From Candidatus Magasanikiibacteriota bacterium (GTDB lineage Bacteria; Patescibacteriota; Patescibacteriia; Magasanikbacterales; UBA922), in assembly GCA_041665025.1 (NCBI GenBank), contig JBAYJP010000006.1, forward strand, positions 5,440-69,439: a stretch of 64,000 bases of DNA, read 5' to 3'. This document shows, piece after piece, positions 50,301 to 57,826 of this stretch. The position numbers and the translations under genes were made by a program. The notes beneath the pieces were generated by a model. That model saw nothing but the letters and a program-made list of their open reading frames with translations, ran no database searches and was not told where the DNA came from. Within the stretch, counting starts at the first letter, position 1. Every line of letters starts with the position of its first letter.

Positions 50301-50581
50301 TGACCCTTCCCACCGGAGGCAACATACTTGGCAGAATCATAAGCCAACTTACGCATAAAATATGATGCGCCATTGACCAGAGCGCCGAGAGCTGCACCCA
50401 CAAGAGTATTTTGAACTTGTTCCCACGTCCATTTCCCGGAAAAAGCTGCAGTAATCGCGGCATCCATCTGCGCGTGTGCTCTTTGTGGCAACGCAAAAAA
50501 ACCGAGCAATTGCACTCCCAAAAATAATGATATAACAAAAGAGATAGACAATTTACGGGAACGATTGGAGGAAAACCACAT
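41378..50581 (-). CDS. Giant (about 3,070 aa) Cys-rich membrane-anchored/secreted protein with a CBM-like domain
   Basis: Signal peptide ending AHA; helical/TM N-terminal region; many repeated GC/C-x-n-C modules; CBM4/9-like HSLRI...YELSFWARG...WQEY...FIDNV. The start is uncertain. Confidence 0.85.
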   Translation of the reverse strand: MWFSSNRSRKLSISFVISLFLGVQLLGFFALPQRAHAQMDAAITAAFSGKWTWEQVQNTLVGAALGALVNGASYFMRKLAYDSAKYVASGGKGQSALAFQDGFGSYLGNTALDSAAGAIQQFGEPLGLDLCKPPDLRVQVGLQVGLQRIYDSEYGNEGGPAPRCNWSEFTSNWEQVDDMYGSKDAISERFTASLSVSDSDFGAALGLMGKLDRVVTQSQIDATQARQEGNGFKPVADIISGKIRTPAQVIQEETKSVTAKNQGDMTAGQIAGIYGSGSLQILPMALSVFANTLVSSLLQNIMDGGLFPSGGDSESSGVTDFFASNISYNRQAAEKAFSYLIATVPQRSLDTYDLVTEFSACPQTPAPGLNNCVMDGKLVEAVNLAQTGDPLTIDEAMKSGQLHENWLLIPPGRDVDNTNLPYCYSQAYCYSNIQKLRKARILPLGFEIAALKSDPDNPVTLKKVVDGFTECDPSGRPSAAFPYCHLIDPNWIIKAPEARCEARVWGPQLQQEGTALRTQECVDFSTCLKEDDKGQCISYGYCTKEKNVWHMPGDSCPAYYNTCKTYVNSVSGSVSSYLSRTLDYGACSVESKGCRAYSSEQNEDGTWKNSGQVNIEDKLLGREQMLYFNDKLSSYASCPGNAEGCSVFKDALNGESIRLKKAPEYLGCYDKNIGTPAIDWPQTRADLVGFEDKPESCSNFAQVCVQDEVGCKGYTPAQGGIEIPGIATTENLCNEQCIGYDTFKQEESNFEQSQFPMYFIPTGPSGGQTCAAQYVGCDEFTNIDALTGGGESLEYYSNLKYCERPEGENAKVFYTWEGSASQGFILQKHTLAKIDAAQALYISGLGLASGAVAEFASNSPAYADDSKTSLENNYAICNAAQYNLHLQNPYASNTSPDCRAYYDASGGVYYRLKNDTVSVSLDCRPLRKSISNLYEDEYLSGSGSVGGVAKNTLCAQKGGTWDSVNSVCNRCYNGGTYQTDPSNPAQGACVYYSIKSEADSCPATANGCRSYIGNQGNNIEVHSMNFEPDGDDTDALTRAKEGWPGNTSIEAEATQVGLHSLRITGDASYTFNAERMQSGAWYELSFWARGQTQALDISFRQDGATKGTFTLDPLTNTSIQAPIGNDWQEYTLGPVQFTGMASGTASLFLDTNESASYFIDNVRIVRIGQENDDHLYLIKNSWKTREGYDVPLLCDSTPLDAFPGEALGCRAYTTRDNEPVALSGFDRLCRVEAVGCKAMVDTYNTVSGEDAMQMNAYNVLCKRGTTSPTYPGDASKCEAKIYSDATNFETYSCTIRKGETSCYIDTAVVVPSYSDDPGATEFHNKVYLPSGCIERTGMVGLCTGNTDDLYVVTSTIVVPADSNTIYLTHRSEFVCSDEHVGCEKVGLQQQTNPDAQSNTAYSFSDTMVLNNPDHYDQTLCSEDLVGCSEYRNGNNLTYFKDPAVIGAKSCTYRDNVEISGIQYSGWFMDNVGQCQTEAGGGTNTYCSSDNECTVSGETCKKGLTACYPNQLSGSGEYGLLSQGTPGYQGYVGMCETEYSGCTELIDPADTSGNMDGEPYYVINNDRLFERTGECDSKASQKEGCVLFNMTENPNKIYNSVLTYADSMSKKYALVPIATAGTRDTNVLLKVERDRECSEWLACRTSMTVYDENNVPQRICQDYGTCNKLNSNGACADDGWADISLNNTLLSEEEYVIRNVGWGSFEYSGYSLFNKYNIGNYKSVVLDNEVYLTYLMNDSFFMADKDGDGDADFPDVGCSEVDSDSKFKKEDGDACGFDDGGRCYKQRCTYPLGGMFPDEVNSVEEMTIYLETGICKAYPEQGSPFSTQMALTQQPEQRDKKTSGEDNQYYRWDYSTKKPIYSQANVCQRVVKEDGSIVEECSCEYRKIEYKDGTIDYWPVRDTPAHVSTGGVCVGDGAINGFPCMTNDECGSTGTCSMIKQQASYFGLKGLCLEYDLSRPLGPAGSMVRMDEQYACLTWFPIQSSASTVDNYNAYQDAGYFPTLDSESNGGEYYCSLSNNVGGAYSEVDFGGTYSFEPGGTGPADGNFTLKTNPDAPPAHQIVMNRDYTRFMDSENLPWGSAGLAENCPNVKTNAGGICPLNLDDGESCGHTGMYRYIMCWADDLNRDAWRGPYEENTPIALMNIWAWRKIGTNATVLRMDMNPRGGELYPYLAFNSVDYITSLESQVAKDDASLLVPEIFAPSIFEKNEGTYAELYDTVELGTFMHPPRLWDKAAEARDLPDTDAKNFFMSDLDGIENSDETSRDRTLIGMELEHGIDYKVETSFLTVDRVLGESMTLASMTKLAFSDSYPKIYRSTLEEKIREKDIKAIYFVPVAYPGKLEGGAPVPLLTDAFRIDFNGLRGIAGPGGREPDKIAFHERVPLTYHYIRGNSDGGYIDFFNDDGAADAGLYTYLLDKDNENGLVSFQGYDDSSPYEFSGKILEVYKRYPALQTLNEIEHRYMGVYHEYYPLTNTEKQTPEFLPNTDLVNGIAGQEVSLPSNADSDPLQAECKFNLHQDENDGKKEGSWIAIGLDFNKNGEFLGYVSRWCNGYENDDGEGHGIRFAVIVELNESCNEFVKVYDESGDIGDTTNKAWTDRIWEHGEYLASSGFFSQIFKTTQLQPYASLSLRGTSPLDPWLGIGNPYWLSYTFTNLVFDGFPYSCDETDSHRLGGVPTICEEIKTTGGSYATLKGINTHAVDRQEQEQDDNFSYQDANLYYLSLNDLFLKYFSIKSQNHLFGDDAVVDTLGDYVGGEYVGEDYSSNLGGQDFIGDTKPPQIFSINPSLCSRRDKDCIPGEADNITINMKNYTMKDYDDDGKDGDEDKSDFGRGTPDPFIQQGSVTVNARFFAFADDNRMPIRRVMVNWDDGTDVQNKDVKGMYRNHKPYCDDTDGNKTVGRCTGDERERNWAQGEPPITCKKDEECVQIFGDGYFCDDNIEDPIFGDAPRACQENYFEFEHTYYCNTTDIEVGDLRNDTIKRKYFGDNLSYADEAYARLMERSEITEETGICIFKPGVQVLDNWGWCNGVDGNGNPTAFFNDTTDHQCDDSTMHDYHFTKYKGAIIVIP

Positions 50582-50597
50582 ACATCTTTTAAGTAAC

Positions 50598-50697
50598 AAA
50601 GTTATAATGTTATAAAGTTCCGAGTTATAAAGTTCCGAGTTATAAATATATAAATTTTTCTATAACTTTATAACATTATAACTTTCAACTTTACAAC
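50598..50697. repeat. Inverted 8-mer array (GTTATAAA / TTTATAAC)
   Basis: aagttataatgttataaagttcc...tataactttataacattataacttt. Same family at 59915-59986. Confidence 0.75.
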
Positions 50698-50698
50698 C

Positions 50699-51394
50699 CT
50701 ACATTTGTGGCGTACTTGAAGTCTGTCCATCTGTATTCGTCGGCATGGATTGTTTTTGCATAATGCTTTCAACCATAGACATAAGTTCTGCATCGCTTAT
50801 GCTATTTAATTTTTCTTGTGATATCTGCCCAGTTTGCAAAAGTAATTGTCGTACGTACTCTGGATTTGAAGTAAGCGCGGACATGTCTAGACTACCACCA
50901 GATACCGTAGATGACGTGGAACCCTGATTTAATTCTCCCATACTGCCCATAACCACATCAGCCACAGTCCCTACCCCGCTTACCAAAGGAGAAATCAGTG
51001 AGGCAGGAGTGCTACTCGGGCTCGTGTCGCTTGTCTGCGAACATATTTTTCCCTCTGCACATAGTGGATCCTTGCCCTGGTCTATTTCCACTTTGTCTTG
51101 CAATCCATCTGAGTCTGTGTCAGGAAGATAAGGACTTGTCTGATAAAAATTCAATTCTTCATAATCATTTATCCCATCGCGATCTGTGTCTATCTGTTGA
51201 AGCCTAATTTCTTCGTCAAATTGAAAGGAAAGGTCGACCTCTTTGGCTACACGGCGTGAAGCAAATGGTCCATAAATAGAATTGCGCATTTGAAGAAACC
51301 CCAGCGCAACGGTCGTAATAGCAAAAATGAGCAATAAAACAAAACCTGTCTTTTGCCCATTTGACAATTGTTTGTAGTAGCCTAATTTTGACAT
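50699..51394 (-). CDS. Membrane-anchored protein with bacterial thrombospondin-3-like Ca-binding repeat
   Basis: N-terminal TM; DTDRDGINDYEE...PDTDSDGLQDKVE. Confidence 0.75.
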   Translation of the reverse strand: MSKLGYYKQLSNGQKTGFVLLLIFAITTVALGFLQMRNSIYGPFASRRVAKEVDLSFQFDEEIRLQQIDTDRDGINDYEELNFYQTSPYLPDTDSDGLQDKVEIDQGKDPLCAEGKICSQTSDTSPSSTPASLISPLVSGVGTVADVVMGSMGELNQGSTSSTVSGGSLDMSALTSNPEYVRQLLLQTGQISQEKLNSISDAELMSMVESIMQKQSMPTNTDGQTSSTPQM

Positions 51395-51397
51395 CTT

Positions 51398-51502
51398 GCT
51401 AAGTTTTCTAAGTATCTAAGTTTTCTAAGTATCTAAGTTACAAGTCTATAGTAATAACTTAGTCAACTTAGCGAACTTAGTAAACTTAATTAACTTAGTC
51501 TA
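51398..51502. repeat. Inverted 8/9-mer array (CTAAGTT / AACTTAG)
   Basis: ctaagttttctaagtatctaag... faces aacttagtcaacttagcgaacttag. Confidence 0.8.
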
Positions 51503-51533
51503 GTATACCAAAAAATAAGAAAACTCACAAAGA

Positions 51534-52388
51534 TTATGTGAGTTTTTTGGCCAAAGTTATCCACTGTTGCACATTGAGTTCCTGCGCCCGTGCTTTTTCA
51601 TTGTCTATTATCTCTTTTAAGAAGCTTTCCATTTGTAATTTATCTCTTTTCAACCCATCTGCTAAGTTTTTTGCCAACTGTTTTCGTTTGTTGGCAAATC
51701 CAATTCTTGCAATTTCAAAAAATCTCTGATTAAAATCTCTGTTCCCTGTTCCTTGTTCCCTAATCAATATATGTACCACAGCTGAATCAACCGCGGGCAT
51801 TGGCCAAAAATTACCTTTAGGAACTTTGCATACAATTTTTGGCTCACCATAGTATTGGACTGACAAGGACAACAAACTCATATCTCCTGGTTTGGCAACT
51901 ATTCTTTCAGCAACTTCTTTTTGAACCATGACCGTAATGCTTTCTGGTTTGTGTTCAAGCTCGAGCAAAACGCGCAGGATATGTGAGGTGATTTGATAAG
52001 GTAAATTAGCAATCACTTTATAATTTTTGATACGTGATACGTGATACGTGATGAGTGATAAAACATCTCCCCAAATAATTTCAATATCTCCTGTCTCATT
52101 GTCTAATCTTGTAATCTTAAAATCTTTTAATCTTTCGTCCCAATACTGTTCCAACCGTCGTTCAATCTCAAACGCTTTCACATGTGCACCTCTCTGTGCT
52201 AATTCAAACGTCAGCACGCCAAAACCTGGTCCTATTTCAATAACTGTGTCCCCTTTCCTGACATCCGCTGCTTCAATCATTTTGTGAATAGGCGCATCTG
52301 AAATCAAAAAATTCTGGCCATACTTTTTGGAAGGGATAAGACCACATTCTTTGCAGAGTTGTTTCAGTTTAGTTGGCGTGAGTTGCAT
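51534..52388 (-). CDS. rsmA: 16S rRNA m6,6A dimethyltransferase RsmA/KsgA
   Basis: GQNFL, EIGPGFG, ANLPYQIT, MVQKEVAER, PAVDSAV, KRKQL. Confidence 0.96.
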   Translation of the reverse strand: MQLTPTKLKQLCKECGLIPSKKYGQNFLISDAPIHKMIEAADVRKGDTVIEIGPGFGVLTFELAQRGAHVKAFEIERRLEQYWDERLKDFKITRLDNETGDIEIIWGDVLSLITYHVSRIKNYKVIANLPYQITSHILRVLLELEHKPESITVMVQKEVAERIVAKPGDMSLLSLSVQYYGEPKIVCKVPKGNFWPMPAVDSAVVHILIREQGTGNRDFNQRFFEIARIGFANKRKQLAKNLADGLKRDKLQMESFLKEIIDNEKARAQELNVQQWITLAKKLT

Positions 52389-52486
52389 AAAAAAATAATT
52401 TCTAATTTTAAATTTTCAATTTAGAAACAATTTACAATTTTAGAATTTTTTAATTCGAAATTGTTTTAAAATTTGAAATTAAAAAT

Positions 52487-53659
52487 TTAAAATTCTAAAC
52501 CAGATTTTAGTCCATCAGACGTGTAACGATTAGCGGCATTCCACAACAACCACCCTGCATCAGTGTATTTCTCAATGGTATCAATCTGGGCACGAATTTT
52601 CTGTGCATCATATACCGCTCCGATATTAAATGCCTGTATCCATGGACGAAATTCTGCACGCTTGTCTATAAATGCATCAATCCCCTTTTTTGTGCTATAT
52701 GCTAAAACTTGAGATGGATATTGCGCTGGATTTTCATACCCCGCATAGCCATGTGCATAGTGCGACGGATACATCATCGGACAAATATAATCTACCTCAT
52801 CAACGCTATCTACAAGTCGCTGGCCAATATTCATATCACTTCCAGTCGGGACCGTATCCATAATCATGCCAAACAAATCAAGGGAAATAAGTGCTGGTCG
52901 GGGCGTAAGTTCAGTGTTCAAAAAATGATAAAATTCTTTCATGACCTCATGCTTGGCTTTTTCCGGAACGGTATAGACCACATCTGACATATTTCCATCA
53001 GAAGGAAAGCGGACATAATCAAAATTAATTTCATCAAACCCAAGACGTATTGCTTCTTTTGCAATAGCTACGTTATAACTCCATACCGATGTTTGCGTAG
53101 GGTCGACCCATGACAATCCATTTCGGTCACGCCATATTCCTCCTCGTTTACTTTTTACCGCCCACTCGGGCTTGGCACCTGCTAGCACAGGATCTTGAAA
53201 CACCGTCTGGCGCGCAATGACGTAAATAGTATGTTCGTGTAATTTTTTTATTAATGCTTTTGCATCGCCTATCCTGTTATCCTCTGCGCCGATATCCTGA
53301 ACCATAGCAAGATCACTATCATACAGCACACGTCCGCTGTAATCTTTTATATCAATAACAACTGCGTTCAATTCTGTCGTATCAATAAGTCTAATAATCT
53401 CATCAATTTTTTTCTCACTACCTGCTGAGTATGCCGTCACATACAACCCCTTTACGGTTTGGCGTGCGGGTTTTTCTCTCCTTTGTTTAGCAATAACTTC
53501 AGGGTCATTTTGTGCAGAAGATGAATTTGTCTCAGCCGCATATGCATACATGGTGTTTTGATATTCTGACGTTGACGACCCTGAGTACCAGACAAGCATA
53601 AAAATAATACAACCGAATGCTATACACAACGGGAGATAGAAGCGATGATGATTATTCAT
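52487..53659 (-). CDS. Putative glycoside hydrolase (DUF4015-like)
   Basis: KGLYVT, NAVVIDIKD, GFDEINFDYVRFPSDG, PMMYPSHY, RPWIQAF, WLLWN. Confidence 0.85.
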   Translation of the reverse strand: MNNHHRFYLPLCIAFGCIIFMLVWYSGSSTSEYQNTMYAYAAETNSSSAQNDPEVIAKQRREKPARQTVKGLYVTAYSAGSEKKIDEIIRLIDTTELNAVVIDIKDYSGRVLYDSDLAMVQDIGAEDNRIGDAKALIKKLHEHTIYVIARQTVFQDPVLAGAKPEWAVKSKRGGIWRDRNGLSWVDPTQTSVWSYNVAIAKEAIRLGFDEINFDYVRFPSDGNMSDVVYTVPEKAKHEVMKEFYHFLNTELTPRPALISLDLFGMIMDTVPTGSDMNIGQRLVDSVDEVDYICPMMYPSHYAHGYAGYENPAQYPSQVLAYSTKKGIDAFIDKRAEFRPWIQAFNIGAVYDAQKIRAQIDTIEKYTDAGWLLWNAANRYTSDGLKSGLEF

Positions 53660-53707
53660 ACAAATTATGAAAAAAAATGTCCGTTATTAACTTTATGACT
53701 GTCAACG

Positions 53708-54319
53708 TTACAGATGTTCAATTATCACGCTGCCTTGCCTCACTATTTCTATGTTTCCATTTTTTATTGCAATAATAGTGGATGGCTTTTGGACAGGCAG
53801 TTCCCCCGCGTCGATACATATGTCAGGCTGTACTAATTCGTGTTCAAATGTTTTTATAACATCAATAGGTGTATACGCATTATCTCCTCCACTGATATTT
53901 GCCGAGGTAGAAACAAGTGGTGCTCTTAGCTCACTGCAAATTTTTTGTGCAATTGGATGAGAGGTTATTCTAAATGCAACTGTTCCTTCACTACTTACAA
54001 TTCCTTTGGGTAAAATTACACCCTGTTTTATGGGCACGACAACTGTCAGAGGCCCTGGCCAATATTTTTTTGCGACCATATCGAGCGTTTGATTCCACTC
54101 GACATATCCCTTCATCATTTCAATATCTGAAGTAACAACAAGTAGAGATTTTGAGACTGGCCTTTGTTTTATGTTGTATATATGTTCAACGGCCGTTACA
54201 TGTGTTGCATCGCAACCCAATCCATAACAGGTTTCTGTGGGATAGATAATTGTCTTGCCATCATGCAAAGAGTCTACAATACTCTGAATGTTAAGTTGTG
54301 AAGATTTAATAATCTGCAT
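53708..54319 (-). CDS. tsaC: Threonylcarbamoyl-AMP synthase (TsaC/Sua5)
   Basis: YPTETCYGL, KQR, WPGPLT, STSANISG, PSTII. Confidence 0.94.
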   Translation of the reverse strand: MQIIKSSQLNIQSIVDSLHDGKTIIYPTETCYGLGCDATHVTAVEHIYNIKQRPVSKSLLVVTSDIEMMKGYVEWNQTLDMVAKKYWPGPLTVVVPIKQGVILPKGIVSSEGTVAFRITSHPIAQKICSELRAPLVSTSANISGGDNAYTPIDVIKTFEHELVQPDICIDAGELPVQKPSTIIAIKNGNIEIVRQGSVIIEHL

Positions 54320-54451
54320 ATAGTTCATAGCCAATAGTTCATAGCCAACAAACACCAAAACTATTGGCTAATGGCTGTTGGCTACGAACTAAAGATATTG
54401 TAGCTAAAATAAGCTAAATTTGCAATTATTCAACCTATTTTTCTGGGATAC

Positions 54452-54480
54452 TTGATTTTTATCTAAATTTAGACTATAAT
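54452..54480 (+). promoter_or_regulatory. Sigma70 promoter of rpmF-nusB-rnc
   Basis: TTGATT-17-TATAAT. Confidence 0.6.
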
Positions 54481-54536
54481 ATGTCCATTATTATTTATTC
54501 ACCATTCATAATTCAAAATTCATAATTCTACACTAT

Positions 54537-54755
54537 ATGGGACTCCCCGCAAAACGAAGAACATCACGATCACGCGACGACCGTCGTTCACATTTCGCAC
54601 TCAAAACTACTACTGTCACAAAATGCGTATCTTGTGGTGCGAATGTATTACCACACCGTGCATGCGCGGCATGTGGCACATACAAGGGCAAAAAAATAGT
54701 AGGAACTGAAAAACGAGCCACTCGTCTTGCACGCAGAACGAAAAAAATTAGCTAA
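54537..54755 (+). CDS. rpmF: 50S ribosomal protein L32
   Basis: PAKRRTSRSR...RRSH, CVSCG...HRACAACGTYKG. Confidence 0.95.
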   Translation: MGLPAKRRTSRSRDDRRSHFALKTTTVTKCVSCGANVLPHRACAACGTYKGKKIVGTEKRATRLARRTKKIS

Positions 54756-54763
54756 GATAAAAA

Positions 54764-54840
54764 TGTACGAAATTCGAAAACTGCGAAATATCCGAAATTC
54801 GTTTTTTTCGTACCTTTCGTAGTTTTCGAATTTCGTACAT
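54764..54840. repeat. About 75-bp inverted CGAAA-array hairpin, copy 1
   Basis: Near-identical to 56240-56314. Confidence 0.85.
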
Positions 54841-54846
54841 AAAAAT

Positions 54847-55317
54847 ATGTCTAAACGCCATCTCGCCCGTTCTATTGTCATGCAATCATTGTATCAGTGG
54901 GATTTTCGCGGCAACCCAACAGCTGCTATTCCTGCTATTATTGATGAAATCATGGAAGAGTTTGGCGTAGGACTTGAAGATACAAAAGAATACGTAGAAA
55001 AAACAGTTAACGGTGTCATTGACCACAAAGACGAAATAGACAAACTCATGGCAGAGTATGCCCCCCATTGGCCGCTTGCACAGATGACGCTTATTGATCG
55101 AAATATTTTGCGCATTGGAATATATGAACTTTCATATAATACAGAAGAAATCCCTCCGCGTGTGGCTATCAATGAAGCAATCGAGCTTGCCAAAACATAT
55201 GGCGGTCCAAGCTCTGGAAAATTCGTAAACGGAATATTGGGAGCGATGTACAAAAAAATTGAAGGGAATATAAACAATAAAACAAAGTCCAGTCAATTAA
55301 ATAAAAAAACAGAATAA
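54847..55317 (+). CDS. nusB: Transcription antitermination factor NusB
   Basis: RHLAR...[24 protein letters not shown]...FVNGIL. Confidence 0.96.
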   Translation: MSKRHLARSIVMQSLYQWDFRGNPTAAIPAIIDEIMEEFGVGLEDTKEYVEKTVNGVIDHKDEIDKLMAEYAPHWPLAQMTLIDRNILRIGIYELSYNTEEIPPRVAINEAIELAKTYGGPSSGKFVNGILGAMYKKIEGNINNKTKSSQLNKKTE

Positions 55318-55319
55318 AA

Positions 55320-55436
55320 TTATAACTCAAAAATCAAATCTCAAAACTCAAATAAAAAACTTAAAACTAAAACCGCTCTGAATATTCATTTTTGAGTTTA
55401 GAGTTTATGTTTTGACTTTTGACCTTTGAGTTTTGA
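55320..55436. repeat. Inverted 7-mer array (CTCAAAA / TTTTGAG)
   Basis: Tandem heptamers in both orientations. Same family at 56398-56490. Confidence 0.75.
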
Positions 55437-55475
55437 AATTCTGCATCCCATTTTGGATTTCGAAATTCAATATAT

Positions 55476-56237
55476 ATGTCTATACCATTCTACGAAGAAA
55501 AAAACTTCACAAAAATAGAGGAAAAAATTGGTGTATCATTCAACAACAAAGATATTTTGGTCCAAGCCCTTGTTCACCGATCATACCTCAACGAACACCG
55601 AGACTTTCCTTTGGCTCATAACGAACGTCTGGAATTCTTGGGAGATGCGGTGCTTGAACTGATCGTAACAGAATTCCTCTTTGAAAATTACTTAAATCCC
55701 GAAGGAGAACTTACCAATTGGCGTGCGGCTTTGGTAAATGGCACCAACTGCGCATTAGTATCGCATGAAATAGGACTTGATGAATTTTTGTTCTTGAGTC
55801 ATGGGGAATCAAAAGATGCAAATACCAAGGCGCGGGACTATATACTTGCCAATGCGCTTGAAGCACTTATTGGCGCGATTTATATAGATCAAGGCTGGGA
55901 CATTACGGAGCAATTTGTTATACGCTGGGTAGTAACCAAACTTCCCGAGGTACTCGAACAAGGACTCTGGATGGATCCAAAATCTCGGTTCCAGGAAGCG
56001 GCCCAAGAGATTGTCGGCGTCACACCGACATACAAAGTAGTAAAAGAAGAAGGGCCTGATCATGCAAAACAATTTGTCATTGCGGTATATCTCGATAAAG
56101 AACAAATAGCAACCGGTGAAGGGACAAGTAAGCAAGAAGCACAGACTTCCGCTGCAGAAGCAGGGCTCAAGGCGAAGGGATGGAAAGGACCAAAAATACA
56201 GATACTTACACGAAAACCAGAAGATCCAATTGGATAA
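55476..56237 (+). CDS. rnc: Ribonuclease III
   Basis: HRSY, NERLEFLGDAVL, LEALIGAIY and dsRBD GPDHAK...SKQEAQ. Confidence 0.97.
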   Translation: MSIPFYEEKNFTKIEEKIGVSFNNKDILVQALVHRSYLNEHRDFPLAHNERLEFLGDAVLELIVTEFLFENYLNPEGELTNWRAALVNGTNCALVSHEIGLDEFLFLSHGESKDANTKARDYILANALEALIGAIYIDQGWDITEQFVIRWVVTKLPEVLEQGLWMDPKSRFQEAAQEIVGVTPTYKVVKEEGPDHAKQFVIAVYLDKEQIATGEGTSKQEAQTSAAEAGLKAKGWKGPKIQILTRKPEDPIG

Positions 56238-56239
56238 CG

Positions 56240-56314
56240 TGTACGAAATACGAAAACTGCGAAATATTCGAAATTCGTTTTTCGTACCTTTCGTAGTTTT
56301 CGTATTTCGTATAT
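56240..56314. repeat. About 75-bp inverted CGAAA-array hairpin, copy 2
   Basis: Near-identical to 54764-54840, with one compensatory base pair. Confidence 0.85.
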
Positions 56315-56318
56315 AGAT

Positions 56319-56394
56319 GGGTCGCTAGCTCAGTTGGTAGAGCAGTTGCCTCTTAAGCAAACGGTCCAGGGTTCGATCCCCTGGCGACCCACCA
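56319..56394 (+). tRNA. tRNA-Lys(CTT)
   Basis: Acceptor GGGTCGC/GCGACCC, anticodon loop CT-CTT-AA, encoded CCA. Confidence 0.94.
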
Positions 56395-56495
56395 ATATAA
56401 AACTCAAAACACAAAATTCAAAATGCAAAACTGAGATAATGCATACATAAAAATAAGTTTTGAATTTTGAGCTTTGACTTTTGAGTTTTTTTATT

Positions 56496-56567
56496 GCCTC
56501 TGTCGTTCAACGGATAGGACAACAGCCTTCGAAGCTGTATATGCGGGTTCGATTCCTGCCGGGGGCA
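56496..56567 (+). tRNA. tRNA-Arg(TCG)
   Basis: Anticodon arm ACAGC-CT-TCG-AA-GCTGT; T-loop GGTTCGATTCC. Confidence 0.93.
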
Positions 56568-56630
56568 CGCGTAAAAAATTTCGAATTTTAAATTTCGAAT
56601 TTCGAAACAATCAATTTAGAATTCAATCCT

Positions 56631-56701
56631 GGGCTTATAGTACAGCGGTAGTACGGGGCATTCGCATTGCTCAGACCCGGGTTCGATTCCCGGTAAGTCC
56701 A
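56631..56701 (+). tRNA. tRNA-Ala(CGC)
   Basis: G3:U70 pair in acceptor GGGCTTA/TAAGTCC; anticodon arm GGGCA-TT-CGC-AT-TGCTC. Confidence 0.9.
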
Positions 56702-56713
56702 CTGTATTCGCAC

Positions 56714-56772
56714 TTGCCCGCAGTAGCTTTCTTGACCGCCATAGCTTTAGCGAAGGCGGTAGTGAAGGTGGG
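56714..56772. repeat. Nested REP-like palindromes (CCGCC-TAGCTTTAGCGAAGGCGG family)
   Basis: Outer cccgcagtagctt...tagtgaaggtggg encloses inner accgccatagctttagcgaaggcggt. Confidence 0.65.
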
Positions 56773-56787
56773 TTAATAATAACGCCT

Positions 56788-57822
56788 ATGAAAACGCTAA
56801 TGCTGAGTAGCAATAACATCAAATCTATCATTAAACAGGTAGGCATTGATGAATTCATGGATGCCTCAATAAATAACATAGAAAATTATTTTTTATACCT
56901 AGGAAAAAAATACGAAAGAAGACAACGAATCGGCTTTTTCTTTAGGAATGGAAGAACTGTCGAAAGTATGCCTTGCAGAAAAATTGGATCTAAAATTCTT
57001 TTCAAGACAGTAAACTTTCATGAGACAAATTGCTTAAGAGGACTTCCGACTGTTATGTCCTCTACAATACTATGCGATGAAAAAACAGGATTTCAAGAAG
57101 TTATCACTGACTCAACTCTTCTTACGTATATTAGAACGGGAGCTGCCACTGCAATTGCCACTAAATATTTAGCACGTAAAGAAAGTTCGAAAGTTGGGGT
57201 AATAGGTGCAGGCAGCGTAGGCCAAGCATGTCTACATGCTATATCGAGGATCTACAATCTCACAAAAATCTATATATGGGACACAGATAACAACGCACTG
57301 GAAACATTTCGAAAAAGAATGGAAAAAATTATAAAAAAACCAATTGAAATTGAACACCCTAAAAAATTTGTTCCCGATATCGATATCTTGACAACAACTA
57401 CTTATGGTAATAAAAAAATTGTAAAAAACTTATGGGTCCCAAAAGGAATTCATATAAATGCAATAGGTGGTGATGCCCCAGGAAAACAGGAATTGGATGG
57501 GAATATCTTAAAAAGAGCCAAAATTGTTGTTGATTACAAAGAACAAGCTATTACGGAAGGAGAAATTAATGTGCCAATTACTAAAGGTATTATCTCTATT
57601 GAGGATGTTCACGCTGAACTCTCGGATGTTGTAAAAAAGAAAAAAAATAGTAGAAAAAATTCCTCGGAAATCACTTTATTTGATTCAACCGGCGATCCTC
57701 TTGAGGATCTTGCAATTATAGAACTTCTTCTAAAATATAATAAAAGATTTAATCTAGGAAAGAAAACAAATTTTATATACAGCCCATCACACACCAAGGA
57801 TCCCTACAAAGACCTCCGTTGA
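56788..57822 (+). CDS. Ornithine cyclodeaminase/mu-crystallin family protein
   Basis: ESMP, KTVN, GLPT, LTYIRTGAATAIATKYLA, IGAG, HINAIGGDAPGKQE, FDSTG. Confidence 0.9.
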   Translation: MKTLMLSSNNIKSIIKQVGIDEFMDASINNIENYFLYLGKKYERRQRIGFFFRNGRTVESMPCRKIGSKILFKTVNFHETNCLRGLPTVMSSTILCDEKTGFQEVITDSTLLTYIRTGAATAIATKYLARKESSKVGVIGAGSVGQACLHAISRIYNLTKIYIWDTDNNALETFRKRMEKIIKKPIEIEHPKKFVPDIDILTTTTYGNKKIVKNLWVPKGIHINAIGGDAPGKQELDGNILKRAKIVVDYKEQAITEGEINVPITKGIISIEDVHAELSDVVKKKKNSRKNSSEITLFDSTGDPLEDLAIIELLLKYNKRFNLGKKTNFIYSPSHTKDPYKDLR

Positions 57823-57826
57823 CACA

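Noticed and set aside
56474-56879. ORFs over the tRNA cluster (and 6852-7088)
   Set aside because: These are spurious translations of tRNA genes.
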